A DNA stretch of 64,000 nucleotides. It comes from Camelus ferus (Eukaryota). Where the stretch lies: assembly GCF_009834535.1 (NCBI RefSeq), contig NC_045696.1:93188001-93252000 (forward strand). The letters run 5' to 3'. Position 1 is the stretch's first letter. Every line of letters starts with the position of its first letter. Below the pieces are notes generated by a model. That model was not told the DNA's origin and searched no databases. It saw only the letters and a program-made list of their open reading frames with translations. Shown piece after piece: positions 40,348-55,525 of the stretch. Position numbers and translations under genes: made by a program.

Positions 40348-41129
40348 CTGGAAAAAAAAGCAGGCACAAAACATTCAGCAATAATGGATTTCTCTCCTTG
40401 GTTCCAAGACTCAATCATGGTTAAAGGGTCAGACATGGTTACAGTGTCAGTTGCATCACTATATAATTATCACAGTGGTCAGTTTGATATTTATTTGGGG
40501 TTTTTCTTCAATTGCTTCAATTAGTTTTTGAATAAAAATTAGTTCTGCAGCATGATTATTTAAACAGCAGAATTGAACCAACCATTTAAGAGCAAAAGCA
40601 AAGCCTCTAAGTGTAGAGAACACAGAGCTAGAAATTAGGCTCAATGTCATATTCTTGGTCTAACGAACATTAAAAAAACAAAAAAAGAAATTCAGCTGTA
40701 AACAAAGTTTCCTAGGTTTACGTAAAAATTTAAATGAATATAAAGTGTTTATTTTTTTAAAAGTGGATATTAATAAACAATCCATTTGAACACACTAATA
40801 CCTCTCAGTGGAGATCGTGCTGTAAATGAAAGCACACTATTGTCCCAGCAGAGGTATGGCACAACATAAGATGGTCCAACAAAGACAAACAAAGTACATT
40901 TTAAGCTATCAATAGTGGGTCTATCCGTGTGCAGTTTTTACAGTTCAGGAGCTGGGTCTGGAGCTGCCAAAAGATGGAATCCTATCTATTATTCTTTAAA
41001 TGGGAATTGTAGTTATTCAACCAACAATGGATATAAGAAAAAACAGAAATGAAGGTTATGGAAATCTTGCTGAAATGCCACATTTCAGTGTTTGAGAATG
41101 TTTATTTGCCAGTATCTTGGGCTCCATGA

Positions 41130-41153
41130 TTATATAAATATATAATGTATGTA

Positions 41154-41187
<34 letters not shown>

Positions 41188-41191
41188 CGTG

Positions 41192-41225
<34 letters not shown>
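41130..41225. repeat. Compound (TG)n(TA)n microsatellite
   Basis: Directly visible. Confidence 0.9.
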
Positions 41226-42054
41226 AATACACTGCTTATTAAGTATGAGGTGCTATGTAATTTCTTGATTTCCTTTGGTGGTTTGGATCATTCTTTCCAA
41301 ACATATTTATTAAACATGTATTATATTAAAAGTTCTATGTAAGAAATTCCTAATTCAATGAGTTATGCCTTTAAAAAGTCCTCGTTTACTGCAATTCCAA
41401 AGGGAATTCCATCACTGAATGTGGTGGTTTGTAGATTTACTATGAATGTTGCTTCATTTCCCAATCATGGGCTAGTATACAAGAATATATGCATAGCTTT
41501 AAAAGAGATTATTAGATACTAGCTAAGGAATTACAACTAAGCAAAAAAATGTCAATTGATGTTTATAAATGGAACCTACAGACATTTTCTGTTTCTTTTG
41601 TTCTATTTTTCGATTATTGCTCTGAACACTCCCGTTGATGGCTTTGATGAGAACACAGCAAGTTCTATGAGTAAATTATCCTTTTTTGGAGTTAAAAAGA
41701 AATCTGGTACTTCTATTATTTAACTGTCCACCAGTAGCTATATAATGGTCTTCCAGAAGGATTTCCAGTTTTGATGTTTCCAAACCCTTTTTTTCTGACA
41801 GTTTCTAATATAATTGCACAGCTGCCTGGAAAGGACTTTTATCTTTGAAATTCACCCTGACTAAATATAAATATAATGATTTCAAATAGTTTTTTTTCAG
41901 ATCTTTTCATGAAGTCAAATGGTTGGTGTCATCTAAATTCATTTTGATGTTCAATTTATTTCAATAAATAAGAAATCATTGAAGTTTAACAAACTGCATT
42001 TCAACCTTTTAATTTTGGAAATGGCACAATAAGAGAGTACATAAAACTACTTAC

Positions 42055-42156
42055 CTCCCCATTGATCATTAATGAAAAATTACGTTGGATCTGGGCTAAT
42101 GTCATTTTGTTATAAAGATGCATTGGATCATTTCGATCTTCAGATCTAGTTGTAGC
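42055..42156 (-). CDS. MME: MME exon 10: [34 protein letters not shown]
   Basis: catag|GCT ... GAG|gtaagt; 102 nt. Confidence 0.96.
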
Positions 42157-44153
42157 CTATGGATTTAATTTTCGACTGTTATTTTAGACTAAGAACTCTT
42201 CAGGAAAATATAGCTATACATAAGGTAAAAAGAAACATAGGATAGGTACAACATAATTATATATAAAGTCTTTTCTGTATTTGTTTGGGAATTTATTTTG
42301 TCATATCAAGAGGAAGAGACAAATAGAAGAGATATTAAATATATTCGGTTAACAATTACCAAGATTTGGCTGCAGTGTCGAGTATAAATTTCTTCAAAAA
42401 TCTTTTTGCATTTTGATAACTGTCAAACGCCACACGCAATACTTGCAGGCCTCTTTCCCTCTGTGGCTAATGGTCAGCTCATTGTGTCTGTGACTGTTTC
42501 ACATTGTAGTGACTTTCTGAAATAGTTATCTCCAATTTATCTCTCTAATACTCTGTCTCCCACCACCGCCTTTCAGGGTCCCAGTTAAAATTCAGACAGG
42601 AAAAAAAAAAAGCACAATGATTTCTACAAGAATTTAAAGCAAGTAAGACAGAGAAAATTCCTAGTACATAGCACAGTTAGGTGGCAAGTTATCTGAAGAG
42701 AGTGCTAGCAACTACTTTTGTGACTGTCCTCTCATGTTGCCTCACAAGTTTGGTGCTATCAACAGGATCCAGTATTATTATGAATGTGGTTTTTTTTTTG
42801 TTTGTTTTTCTGAATCAAAAAAGAAAATTTCAATAACCACTCCTCAACTAGTGGTTGAAAGGAGTAAAAGCAATTTTAAGTGAGAAGGGACAAAAATAAA
42901 AGTGGGAGCTATTTCTCAAGTGACAATGGCTCCAATTTCTCTTTTAGGTCTTGTTTACATATTTATTTAAAAATTATGCATGTAACATCTGCATGGAATA
43001 ACATGCTGGACACCGTTAGAGATACATAGGTAATTCAGAGATGACTAAGACCCCACCACAATCTCAGAGTCCAAGAGAGGAGAGAAAATACATACAAAGA
43101 ACCCTGAGGTAAGATACAACTACCACAGAGCTGAGACTGATCAAAGGAGAACACAGGCTGGGAAGGTACAGTGATAAAAACCCAGGGCAATAAACTGCTC
43201 TCCTCTAATAATTCTGTTTCCAACACAGAACCACATGTAACCCATCAAACTGTCATTCATCCAGCTGCAGCTCCAAGCAAAATGTGGTTCTGATTGGAGA
43301 TTTTTGGTTTCACGTAGCCCCAGGAAAGCTAAAATTATTCCTCAAAGCTCTTCAGTCTTCAAGATTCTGATGGCAGTGGCACGCAGATGGGGATTTAGGA
43401 TTGCAGGTTGTTGTTTGTAATGTCAGAGAGCTCTGTGGATCCTAGACTGAAACTGACCACAAGTTCAATCAATAACCCAGATGCTGATTAGACAAAGTTC
43501 ATTCTTGAGACCACAGTCCCCATCAGAGGAACATCAGACAAGAATGTGCCAACTCAGACTCTAAGGGTTCACTTGGAACTAGAGAAAACTCAGAAAAACA
43601 TCCCTGGGCTTTGCTGATAAACTCCTCGTGTTGAAGCTCCCCTGAGCTAATTAAGCAGCCTGACAGTCTGAACTCAGTGGCATCACGCTAGTGTGGTCAT
43701 GTTCAGGGGCTAATACTTCTTAGCAAAGGGACAGAGACAGTTTCTGTGGTCACCTTCAACTTTGGAATAAAATAAAGTAACATCGTACATATCAAACTAA
43801 AACAGCTTTGCTGAATAGTTAGCAATCAAGCGTGTCCTGCCTCTTAAGGGCATCTTAACAACAGTTTGACTATAAATAGTTATGATCTTGATGTAATCCA
43901 CTTATAATAGGTCATTATATTTTATATTTTAATATTTGTCAAATTTATTATGTCTCCTGGATGTCTAGAACCTGGTTTACTATAAAATTCCACAGTTTCA
44001 AAGGTCCTCTTGAAGTCAATGATCCATTACTGAGCTATGCATTTTTATCATTTGGCTAAGGGTTGTACATTTTACCCTTAAACTATGATAGAGAGGAGAA
44101 AGCCATAAAAAGTGGTTGCCATTATACAGTGTATCAGAGAAAATGTGTTTTAC

Positions 44154-44288
44154 ATTGGCAATTTCTTTTTCCAATTCCATAACTTTATTCATTTCCAAGG
44201 AAAGCTTATTTTCATCCACGGGCAGTCCTTTTTCCTTGCGAATCAATTTGGCCACAGAAATCATAAAATCCACATATGCTGTACAAGC
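44154..44288 (-). CDS. MME: MME exon 9: [45 protein letters not shown]
   Basis: tgcag|GCT ... AAT|gtaaaa; 135 nt; visible in ORF 44016..44294. Confidence 0.97.
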
Positions 44289-44669
44289 CTGCAAGAAATA
44301 AATAACAGTACATTGCTGGAGAACTTTCTAAATATTCATCACAATGCTTTCACTTGAAATTTATTTTCAATTCAATATTAATTTTTAGTAACAGATAAAG
44401 CACAATAAAATAGAAATGCAGTCCTGAATCCCAAAAGAAATGACCTGCACAGTTTCTTAGAAAGTCAATGTGTCTTTAAATTAGAGCAGAACAATAAAGT
44501 TTTTAACTATTCAGTTGTGGAAATTTTCTGATTTTCAACTTTTAATCAATTAAATTGCTTTAATAAGAATGCAGTTGCAAAACACTTGGTAAGCAATAAA
44601 CTAGAATTTTTTTCTTAAATAATAATCAATTCCTTTACCAAATTTCCTTTTATCAGGTTTTCTCTGCTC

Positions 44670-44688
44670 ATATATATATGTGTGTGTG

Positions 44689-44725
<37 letters not shown>
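44670..44725. repeat. Compound (TA)n(TG)n(TA)n microsatellite
   Basis: Directly visible. Confidence 0.9.
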
Positions 44726-47583
44726 TTTTTTACCTATTCATGAAAAAGATGGCCATGAACTCATATCATATTATTAGGATATCTTCTATTTGTCTCCTCT
44801 GGCCAAGCAGTATTTTTTTTTTTAATGAGACTGTGTTCTCATGAGCTCCCCCAACACAAATCTGTGGGTTTTAGTTAATTCCATAGTTGGCTCCCATTAC
44901 TCTGAAATTTCTAAGATACCACAGATTTGAATATCAGTTTTCTTCTAAGAACTCAAATTCTTTTCATTTTATCTTCACATACATTTTAACTTTGTGAAGG
45001 TAAACTATAAGCTATTTATATTACCAGTGTTTTACAGAATATATAAAAGCCTTATTCAAGTTCAGAGTGGTGTCAAACCCAGGAAACTGAATACCGCTTT
45101 CATAAATCTCAATCCACTGCTACTTAGCCATTATCCATCAGCAGTTAAAATAAATTATTATAATCCCACCACATTAAAATTTACTCAAGACTCAAGTTCC
45201 AGCACCACGTTGATGACAAGCAGAAGACAGTGATCACACCACACAAGTCTGGGACCCACGGGTGCTTCTATCCTTCTGAGACTCATGTGTGGGGTAATCA
45301 GGAAGGAAAGCTGTGGAGTGCTTAACACTTCCAAGGTTTCCAGGGGGTTTTACAACCTACTAATTGGTTATCAGTGAAAGGGGCACACTTCTTGTCACTG
45401 TGAGCACAAAGGCACATCTAAATTCACAGACTCATTAAAAGGATCAAACTTACAGGGAAATGAAAATATTTTATCAAGCAAGAACCTAAGCAAAATGTAC
45501 AAAGTCATTATCAGTTTGAAAGTTGAGAGATCTTTAACTAAGGTCTGGATACTGGCATTCCATGACCTTTATTAAATGCTAAGTAAACACTTCCCTGGGG
45601 AGAGGGCTCTCTCTATCAAGGATACCCCGTGACTCTGAGGCTGTCTAGTTAGCATCTCTGTCTACTCGGTAGAACTGTTTTTCAGCTGTGCGTCTGTATT
45701 ATGAATCTAATCACTAAGGTAACAAGGATAAATGATGTTACTATGTATATTCTTGCCAACACCATTCTTTTCCTAGTAAAAGGTAATCAGAACTCTTGTT
45801 TCACTTTGAAGAAGACAAATATGTCTGAGTTCATACCTCATGGGACCAACTATTCCAAAATATAAGCATGCAGTGTTTTGAATGAATTGTATTTCAAATC
45901 ATATAAATTCATCTACATTCACCAGGGAATTAACTACTGACTATGAAGGAAATGGTCATTTGAATTTTCCAGTATCAATCTACTGAGATTTTTTTTTTAC
46001 GCTATGGGATGCTTTTTTTGTTAATGAGGTGAGAAAACAATTACAAGAATGTCCTCCTGTATTTCGTTGACTTGCAAACTGGTTTTACTCCAGTATCTTT
46101 ATCTTTACAGATATATTTAAAGACTATCGAACTTGGCAAGCACGAGAACTTTGGACGATGCTTCTAGTCTGCTGAGCTGGTAAAGTTTCCTAGAAAATTG
46201 GAAGCACATGATACCACTAGCTTCCAGGATGCTTGAGTATTTAATACAGCTGCATGGAATACATTCCTCCCTCTAATGAGCTCCATTACCTGGCAACTTT
46301 TACAAAGTGACTGATTAAAACATGTGTCTTAGTATCTTGATTATCTTTCCTGGCTTCCAAATTTATCTAGTAGCTGTCAGAACCCAGGCTTACTGCTACT
46401 GTTAAATTCTTTCTACAAGATACGATTCTACCTTAAGGTATTCATTTTCTTCCTTGAGATACTAGATGTGTAAAATGCCAAATAAAGTAATTGGTATAAT
46501 TTGGGGAGAAACTAACCAACATACATTTTAACATTTAAATAGTACATTGGCCAGGATATCTTAAATCCAAGTTCATTTTTTCTTTTCTGTCACTAAGAGA
46601 GTAACTAGTTAGTAGGACAAGGACCCGAGTCAGTTACCATTTTTGACAGTCATAAGGCAGCCTAGTGGAAGCTTTGATACAGTGAATTCTTTATGGTGGG
46701 GAACCCCTAAATATCTAGGTAGTCCTCCCTTTAAAGTGAAAACAGCTCTCCAGTCGGATTAGCTGATACTTGTGTACCTTAGCATGCTAACAACTACGCA
46801 CCAGGGTTTCACTCCCAAAGATTCCGTTCCGGGACACCGAGCTCTTAACAATTTTATGCCTTTCCCTTTCCAAGACATAACGTGGGGCATGAAGTGACTG
46901 AGAGGTCACAGAACTGTCCTATTCCTAGCCACTGGCTGGGGAAGTGGGGAGAGGATATTTAATGCTACACAGAAAGCTTCCTGGGGGAACACACAGGGGA
47001 CACCAAGCAGGAGAAGTATGTTTCCTCTCAAAAGGCTTGGAAGTTTTCCCCACTTGAAGCAGTATGTCAGGATCATGCAGCTGCCAGAACACAGACTAGC
47101 TCCCCAAAGACGGACATCGACATAGAATCACGCAGTCATTCCTGGGGACCAGAAATGAGAAACGGCCCCCAATCCTAGCAGGGCTCTGCAGCAGGAGAAA
47201 CAGGACACAAGAGGGCCCACTGTGGGCTGGCACAGAGACTACTGGGTGCTTTCATCAGGTTATTAATGAGAGAGCCTTCAGATTCATAGGAGAACTTACT
47301 GCGTAACTTCTAAGGTTTGCTGTAAATGTTTGGGAAGTTGCACTTAGTTCATTTTACAAACTGGGTTCATCTGATCTAAAAAATTTCTCTTGTCATACCC
47401 ACTAAATCCAAGTTCAAAAGCTCCTTTATATTTGTTAAATACAGATACTTGGACTGGGTGCAACCTCCTGACTATTAGTCACCTGGTGCCCAGAAAAGAC
47501 AAAATGAGGTCAGCAGTTTCTCTTGCAGGATCTGCTTTATGAAGTCAACCGAAATCAGAGTGATCTTTGTAGAAACCAGTTCC

Positions 47584-47653
47584 ATACACCAGAAATGGAT
47601 ACAACATTGTAAACTGACTATACTTCAACTAAAAACAAAATTTAAAAAAAAAA
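47584..47653 (+). mobile_element. Very short L1 3' terminus with A-tail
   Basis: tacaccagaaatggatacaacattgtaaactgactatacttcaa followed by an A-rich tail; similar to 23096-23150. Confidence 0.65.
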
Positions 47654-48479
47654 TCCAATTACATCTAAATTATCCATTGACCCCTATCCCCATTCGTTTA
47701 CCATGTATCATATCACCCTGTTTTATTTCTCTCATAACACTATCTCCATTCATCTTATTTCCTTAGATTATTTTCTTGTTTCTTTATTGTCTATCTCCTC
47801 ACATTGGAACTTGAGTTCCATGCGAATAAGGACTGTTTCTGCCTTGTTTCCCTGGAATCCCTTCTGCCTAGAAAAGCATCAGCCACATAGTAGAAGCTCA
47901 ATAAAAATAAAGTTAACTTTTAAACATATTGAGTAAGTTTCCCTCACTTCCTATGTCATCAGGCTTCTATTCTCAGTCCAAGTCCAGAGCAGTTCTCTCA
48001 GCTTGTATTTTGGGGAAGTGGGCAAACAAAATCCTCTCTGAGTTCACCCTCATGTTCAATACTTGTTCATCTAAAGGACTGGAAACCTCAGCTTGTGCTT
48101 TTTTCTGAGTAGGTGCAGCTTAGAGACTCTTCCTGGATGGTGTTTTCTCTTATTCAGTACACAGGTCCTGGCTCATCTCTTTCTGGCTTCCAACCATCCT
48201 GTGCACATTCCAAGTCGTCTATCCTCATCCCTAAAAAGTTTCCACTTTTTTTTTTCTTTTATGAACTTCAAGTTTTTCTAAGAGCTCTAAATTTCTTACT
48301 GACTCTGGCCTCCTCCTCCCCTGCCACGCCCCACTAGCTAATCAGAAAAGCCAGTTCCCTGGACACAGCGATTTGTCAAGAGAAGAGCAGGTGGCTCAGG
48401 CAGGAACCATCAGAGCCATTTCATCAGAAATTGATAGGCAATAGGAGAGATGGAACTTCTTTTCTCTGGATTATAAGGC

Positions 48480-48725
48480 TGCCAGTGGTCATCTTTGATG
48501 CCACAAGGGAGATAGCCTGCTAGAGAAGGGCTCGGACACAGAGAAGGGAGAACCTTGAGAACGGGAAAAGAGGTAAGATGATCCAATTGACCCTTGCAGC
48601 CCACCAAGCCCGACTCATCCCTGGAACTTTACATTTAGGTGAAACAAAGAAACAGAAAACATTTTTTACAGAATTTAAGTTAGTCAGAATAGGTTTCTAT
48701 TGCTTACAATGAATGTTCCTGACAC
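48480..48725 (+). mobile_element. Old MaLR (MLT1-like) LTR remnant
   Basis: 3' end motif ccctggaactttac...ttaagttagtcagaataggtttctattgcttacaa...ctgaca. Boundaries approximate. Confidence 0.5.
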
Positions 48726-51269
48726 ATGGATCTTCTAATCCATGACTTAAGCAAATCATTTCACTTATTTGAGTCTCTGTTTTCTTATTTATAAATAAAT
48801 AAAATGAGGGGTTGAACTAAATTCTCTAATGTCCCATTTAGCTCTTAAAGTCTGTGCATAAGTAACTGTAACTGTTGAGAAAACATACGATTCTGTCATG
48901 TGAAAAAAATATATACATCTTTGAGTTTCTACTGCCTTAAGGCATGTTCCCTCTTTGAGAGGAAAAGTACCAAAAACAAAAAGGAACTGAAGTATTTAAG
49001 TTTAGAACAATAGCCAGAGGAATACAATATGCATTTCTCAAAATATAACATTCAAATCTGCCAGAATAAAAGCACATGATAAGTTTGAAAAGCAGAAAGT
49101 TTTTTTTAACAAGAGAAAAATAGGTTTTGTCTTTAATGAAGGTGAGATACAATTCTGGGGAAAAAATGCATTACCTATTTGCATCACTTAGTGGTATAAT
49201 GACACAAGGCATTTTACATTTTGAATGCCAAATATCACAACATAAAAATTCCCTTCCTGCGGTGTCAAAAGCCCCAGAACACTTCTGTGAAGTGGAGTGG
49301 GCTTTCCTTTACTTGTAGGTGCTGTTTGCTTTGTTCATAGGAAGTCTGGTTGTAGAATTACAGAAGATGATTCCCTGGATGAGTTGTATATCCCGGAAGG
49401 AGGGATCAAAAAAGACCTGGGGAGATGGGCTTGGGTAATGATTTGATCAAGAGATCTATAATTAGGGTCCTTTTGATCAAAAAGGGACACCTCCTCATCC
49501 CCAGACCCTGAGGCATATCTGCAAACCAGATGCCACACCATAGTCTGAAAATCATTGGCTAGAGTGACAGGCAAAGAAGCCAGGCTTCTCTAGTTAAAGA
49601 CTGAGCACCTTTCTTGGTTAATAAGAAAAAAAAGTTGGTGATCTCATGTCAATCCTCAAAACTTCTTTTGGTTATTTTCAATAAAATAAAGTGGGATGAA
49701 AAAATATGGAACCTACTGAATGTGTAAATATATCTCAAGCAAACTGAGTATATTGGAGAAATAATTGGAGATTGAAAAGAAGAAAAAGGATACGTGGTCT
49801 ATGAGATGTTTGTAAGACGCTTAGGAAATGCATTCCATTAGCATTGATGCCCTAGACCTCATACTTCTCTAAGAGTCAAGGTGAGGATCTAAGAGACTGG
49901 CTTCTTCTGTCTTCCTTTTCTTTCCTCTTTTCCCTGACATCTTCCCCCTCAACTGTTCATCCACAGTTTCAGCAACATTTATTTGCTAATTACTAAGGGC
50001 CAGAAACCAAGCTGGGTACTGGAACGAAAGCAAAGGATAAGTGAGACATGACACTGCTCCTGCTACGCTTACAGTTCTCTAGAAAAGTAAAACACATTAA
50101 ATAAAAAAGTATTCAGAAACCCGTGTGCCGTGGGAATATATAGGTATCTTCATCCAGTCAAAAATTCCAGGGAAGGCCTTCATGAAGAAGTAAAGTTTAA
50201 ACTTAGATTTAAAGGATGAGGAGAAATGGAGGAAGGCTGAGCAGACGGCATGTGTTTATGGAATGTTTCGGGCAAAGGGAGCCGCATATATTAAAGTATA
50301 TAAAGTGAAAAAAATCAGTGAAAACCACTGTTACTCTGATACTATGATAGATTTCTTCCAGCTTTATAGCTTCTCCACTAGATGTTACTGTGATACCCTA
50401 TCTTTTTCACAATTTTTTCTTTCATGAAGCAATAAAACTCTGAGAAAAAAATATTTGAAGGGACTGACTACTTTCAGAGATAGCAGGGTACTAGAAAAAC
50501 AAGAATTAACTTTTATTTGATAGCTGGCTGTGGATGCAGGGGAGCTAAGTGAGAGATTACAGGTGGCAGCGACTGGGGGACGTAGCAAATAACATGGGGA
50601 ATTAAGAAGAAAGTTGAAAACTTTTTCTATGGCAAGGCACTCTTCCCCTCCCTCCAACACCCCAAAAGAATGGATTTTAAGATGAGGAGGGTACAGAAAT
50701 ATTCTAGAATTTACCCATTTCTAGGAGATGACAAATTTTATCTCATATGCCAAATCCCTTCAACGGGAAAGAGGCTGCTTGTGTCCTGGAGCACAGACTT
50801 GAGATGTATTCTGGGCTCAGGGAGGAAGCAGCCACAGTCACGGAAGCGGGGCAAGGCAGTGAGCATGCTGTGTGTTTGCTACTCTAATGCAGATGGTTGG
50901 AGGACACCTGATTCCAGCTGATAATAACTTCCTGGCTGAAAGTGCCACTGCCACTGAGTCTTCCAAATTATTTGCTCATTTAAAGAACTTGACTAGTATG
51001 AGTACTACTCTTGGAAGTTGGAACGAGGTAATAGAAGGAGCAAGAGACAGGGACAAAAGTTCTACCTCTGGTTCTACTACTGTTTGGCTGAGCATTCTAG
51101 GGCAAACCACTGGGCCTCAGATTTTGCACTCAAACTCTATAAACACAACATTAGTAATTCTAGATTTGATCATCACTTCATTGTTTGACTGCAAATATGG
51201 CATTTCCCAGACCAGCGGATACAATCTGTGAAAAAGATTGCTAAATGTCTTTGGGATCTTTTGCTAGCT

Positions 51270-51715
51270 CTCCTTCTTTTTATTCATAGAAACTTGTCCC
51301 CATCGATGGAATTTTAATAAGGCACATACATGGTCAACCAGCTTAAGACTACATTTCTCAGAATCTTTAATATTTACTTGTGGACACATGACAATGTTCT
51401 AACCACTGGAATGTATACAACTTCTGCATCACTTACATAAAAAGAAATTATTTGTCTATCACTTTCCTTCTCTTCTTTTTCCTGTGGCCCAAGATGTGAA
51501 CAGCGCACTGGTGAACCAATTTTGACCAAGTAGACTACAAATAAAACACTAGAAAAGGATGACGTCAGAGCAACAGGTTAAAGCAAGTGTGGTCCCGGCC
51601 ATTCCCAAGGCACAGAACTTCCTACCTCACCTGGACTAGAACAGGAGACAGTAATAAACTTTCCTCTTGTTTGAGCTACAGGATTTTGGGGTCTCTTTGT
51701 CACCACGAATTAGTA
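51270..51715 (+). mobile_element. Old ERVL/MaLR-type LTR remnant
   Basis: gactacatttctcag...aataaactttcctcttgtttgagctac...ttttggggtctctttgtcac. Boundaries approximate. Confidence 0.5.
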
Positions 51716-53304
51716 GGACTCAATTAATTTGCATACTCAAGTGCCTAGAGGGACCAGGAAGTCAGTATAAATCAATGAATCATCTAGATGAGGACCGCCC
51801 AAGTCTGGAGAACAAAGGCCCTGTCCGAAGGGGCAAACTCAAAACAGCTTTGTCCAATTACCACACAGGAATGCAGGCCTAGGCTTTCCAATTCTACTAA
51901 TTTATCAAGAGATCTGGATCCTCAAGTAAAATCTTCCATTTTTAAAAAATCTTGGTAACCAATCGAAAATTAAAAAAAAAAAAAAAAAACCCAAAACTGC
52001 AGGTTAAACAAAATGCCTCTATATCAAACTCAAGCCTATGATGGACAGCTCTAGATTAAGAACTTTTCTTGATTACACAATAGCGTTGAATATGAAATGC
52101 AGAAATACATCATCATCTTAACAACAGGATCCTTTCCAAAAGAAAAAAATTGAAAAAAAGAAATTTTACCACTTGAAATATGTACACTGACTGCCAGTTA
52201 TATTTTGATATCAGGAACGTTAAAATTCAAAAAGTACACCTTTTTAGGATTGGACAAATTTTTTATATTTTTAGGACATAGTTCTAAATTTGAAAATAAT
52301 CCCAGTTAATGACAATGAAAATGTAGTATAATGAGCCAAAATTCTTCAATCACTCTCGATTCTGCGATAGGAAGCAACCGGACAGCTTGTAAAGCCAATA
52401 GCTGCAACCCACACAATTCCTAGACTGTGATTAACTAGAATATCCCACACCCATTTGACTGTCTGTGCTATTAATTATGGACTTTTATAATATTTCCTTT
52501 CCCTCATTTTGATGTTGCATAGTCACTCAAAAAAATACTTTACAGTGAATTTATTCCATGTTATTTGAACTTAACAATTAGGCAAAATAAATGCTCAGCA
52601 TAAACATACAGAGCTAATGATTCTAATTAAGAAGTAATTTCAGCCACAGCAGCACACGGTGACTCATTAGAATCATCAAAGTAAACTTAACTTACTTCCG
52701 AGCTACAAACAATGAGGAAAACATTTATGGAACCAACACCTTCCCCAAACATCTAATCATATGCCACACTGCTAAGTTTATCTCCTGTGCTTCCTTTACA
52801 TCAAGAAGCAAGAGCACATCAACAGCAGCCTGTGGGAGGCGAGGCTGTGGGACAATCAGAAGCCGTTCTGTGGGGTCTGATTAATGTCAGATTCAGAAGG
52901 TGGCTGCAAAAGTTTGTCTGAACCTGATGCCCCTACCTGGGTAGTCCTCTGAAAGTCAAATCAGAAGGCTCTGGACAGCTGCTGCAGAGTAAGATGTATC
53001 TCACACTGGACCATTCCCTGGTCTTCACTGACACCAACCTAGACCGTGATTCATCTGTTCATTTTTTAAATGATCCAGTTTATAGGGAAAATAAAACATT
53101 TAAAATCGACTTTTCAAAACAAGTCACATGACTTAAATATTAAGAATCAAGACACAACCAAGACATTTCAAGTTTCTTTGTTTCTTAAAAAAACCTTCAT
53201 TCATCCTATTGAGAATATTCAAGGAAAGCTCACTATTATGTGTGATTTTCAGTATCTGTCCTGAGTGAAGAACATAGAGGGTTAAATTTAAATTTGACCT
53301 TAGT

Positions 53305-53411
53305 GGGGAAGGTTCAGCTCAGTGGTAGAGTTTGTGCTTCGCATGCATGACGTCCTGGGTTCAATCCCCAGTACCTTCATTGAAAAATTAATAAATAAAT
53401 AAATATATAAA
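53305..53411 (+). mobile_element. tRNA-derived SINE (camelid Vic-1-like)
   Basis: GGGGAAGGTTCAGCTCAGTGGTAGAG...GGGTTCAATCCCCAGTACC with (TAAA)n tail; perfect 16-bp TSD taaatttgaccttagt at 53289-53304 and 53412-53427. Confidence 0.9.
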
Positions 53412-53442
53412 TAAATTTGACCTTAGTCTTTTTCATTCTTTA

Positions 53443-53565
<123 letters not shown>

Positions 53566-55287
53566 CTATAAAAAAATATACAAAGAAGAAAATAAACTGT
53601 TCGGTTGATATAGAACATTTGGACAAATTACAAGCACGCCTATCTGTGTGAGCAAGATATTAGTGTTCTTGCTGTTTATAAAAGTAAAACGCAGACACTG
53701 AGTGAATACATAATTAGGAAATGGTTTCCACACTACTTCTAATTGCTAAACTGATAGGTAGTTAGATAGTCTAGAAGATGATGCTGCAGATACTTGAGAA
53801 AAACCAAAGAAATCTTGAACAAAAAATATACTGGAAAGCATTTTTAATGCAGAACAGAAGGTACAGGTGAACACATACACATTAGAATCTAGGACTGGGG
53901 TGTTTTATGTTTTTACAGGACACTGTGGCTTCCTAAGATTCTAATATGCTCCCCTGCGGGACATTCTCTTCTGCCCCCCCCCCCTTAATTGGGATGGAAC
54001 AAAATACAAGGTGGAAAACCTCAATGGTGACTCTAGAAATTTTAAGGTAGTGGAAATCTTGCCAGAGACTTTTTTGCGATCCTCTACCCAAGGGAGGTAG
54101 AGGAGACTTCTGCTCAGGACGGGCCTCAGTAGACCTAGCTGCCAGCTGAGTGTGTGAGAGAGGAAACTCATTTCTACTCTAGCATGTCCGGCCCCCATTT
54201 GATACCCAGTGAAAGCTGTCAAAATACTCGCAGCTTTGTCAGGTTCCCTCCTATGCACTGCATGGTAAGGCAGGTCAGATAAACTGAAGCATTTATGGGT
54301 GAGACTGAGGATCCTACTAGCAGCTGTGAAGAGCCAGGCCAATACAAGAGAAACAGAACCCAGAGGGCTGGTAAGGGAAAAGCCAGAAGGCATCCCCACA
54401 GAAAGGGCCCTGCTCCTTCTCCAACCTCCGGACCCTCCTTAGAAAACCCCTCATGATGATCTTGCAGGATGCTGGTGTTTGAGAGCCAAAGAGGAGAATT
54501 TAGGAAGGGAGAAAAGGGATCCACCATAGGTAAGAGATGGGTTCAATCCCTTTCGTGATTTTAATAAAAATGACCATAAAAAGTTATCCAACAGTGATAT
54601 AAATATGCTTCTGTAACCTGCAACTTTTAGTCAGTTTCCTTTACAGGAAACTAAATAAAAGCTCTATAAATTTTTCAGCCCAATCCAAACATAATCATTA
54701 AGTATTAATATCATCTTGGGTGATGCTTTTAGTAAACCTAAGTGAATGCCTTACACATTAAAAAAAAAAAAATCCAAAAAGCCATTTTAAAAGAATGGTG
54801 TTTTGTTTACCTTAACTGAGAAAAAAGTACAGACGTTCTTTAGCAAGAAACTAAACTGTGTTCAAAATTCCTTTTCTATGATCTTTTGGAATCAAGTGGG
54901 AATTTCCCACCTGCATAACTTACGTAAATCAGACCATGTTCCTTTCATGAATGTACAGAGAAATCAGGTGCTTTTACTAAATAGGAGGGGGTGTGAATTT
55001 ATTTACTTATTTATTTATTTACTTATTTAATAATAAATCTTATTTATTTTATAAAGGGAGAGGTATTAAAACAAAGGTAGCAGAAAGGAGAGAAGAATGT
55101 CCAAAACACAGCATTAAGAAAACACTTTCAAAATTGGGAATCTAGGCATTTGTCCTTGAATTTATTACCTCCTTGCTCATGCAATTCAAATGAGAATATG
55201 CATCATTTCTAAATACCAATAACAACTGTGTGTAGAAGTTTTATTACAGTTTACAGATAACTTTGGCTGTTGGCCACACCAACTTAC

Positions 55288-55406
55288 ATGAATTATATGG
55301 TTCATAGAGTTTTTATCATCAGTGCCAATAAAAAAATTAATAATGACTTTTTTCCCATATTTAGAATTCAGCTGTGCAATAGCTTTCTCAGCTGTCCAAG
55401 AAGAAC
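55288..55406 (-). CDS. MME: MME exon 7: (G)[39 protein letters not shown]
   Basis: tttag|GT ... CAT|gtaagt; 119 nt. Confidence 0.97.
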
Positions 55407-55525
55407 CTAAAGCAATGAGAGGTGAAGTGTATCATTAGACACTTTGGTGCATTAATATGGTACTATAATATAACGACAAATTTTATCTGGAAATTTTTTT
55501 TTTAAAACAAGGAAAATAGTCTTAC

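Noticed and set aside
46750..46820. Faint tRNA-like or ancient SINE head
   Set aside because: Too degenerate to support by eye.
51560..51567. Isolated perfect CRE TGACGTCA (also AP-1 TGACTCA at 26244)
   Set aside because: Single 7-8 bp motifs are expected by chance in 64 kb and have no supporting context.
53941..54527. 152-aa and 102-aa minus-strand ORFs in intron 7
   Set aside because: No recognisable homology or coding-like composition; lengths are compatible with chance in a GC-richer patch.
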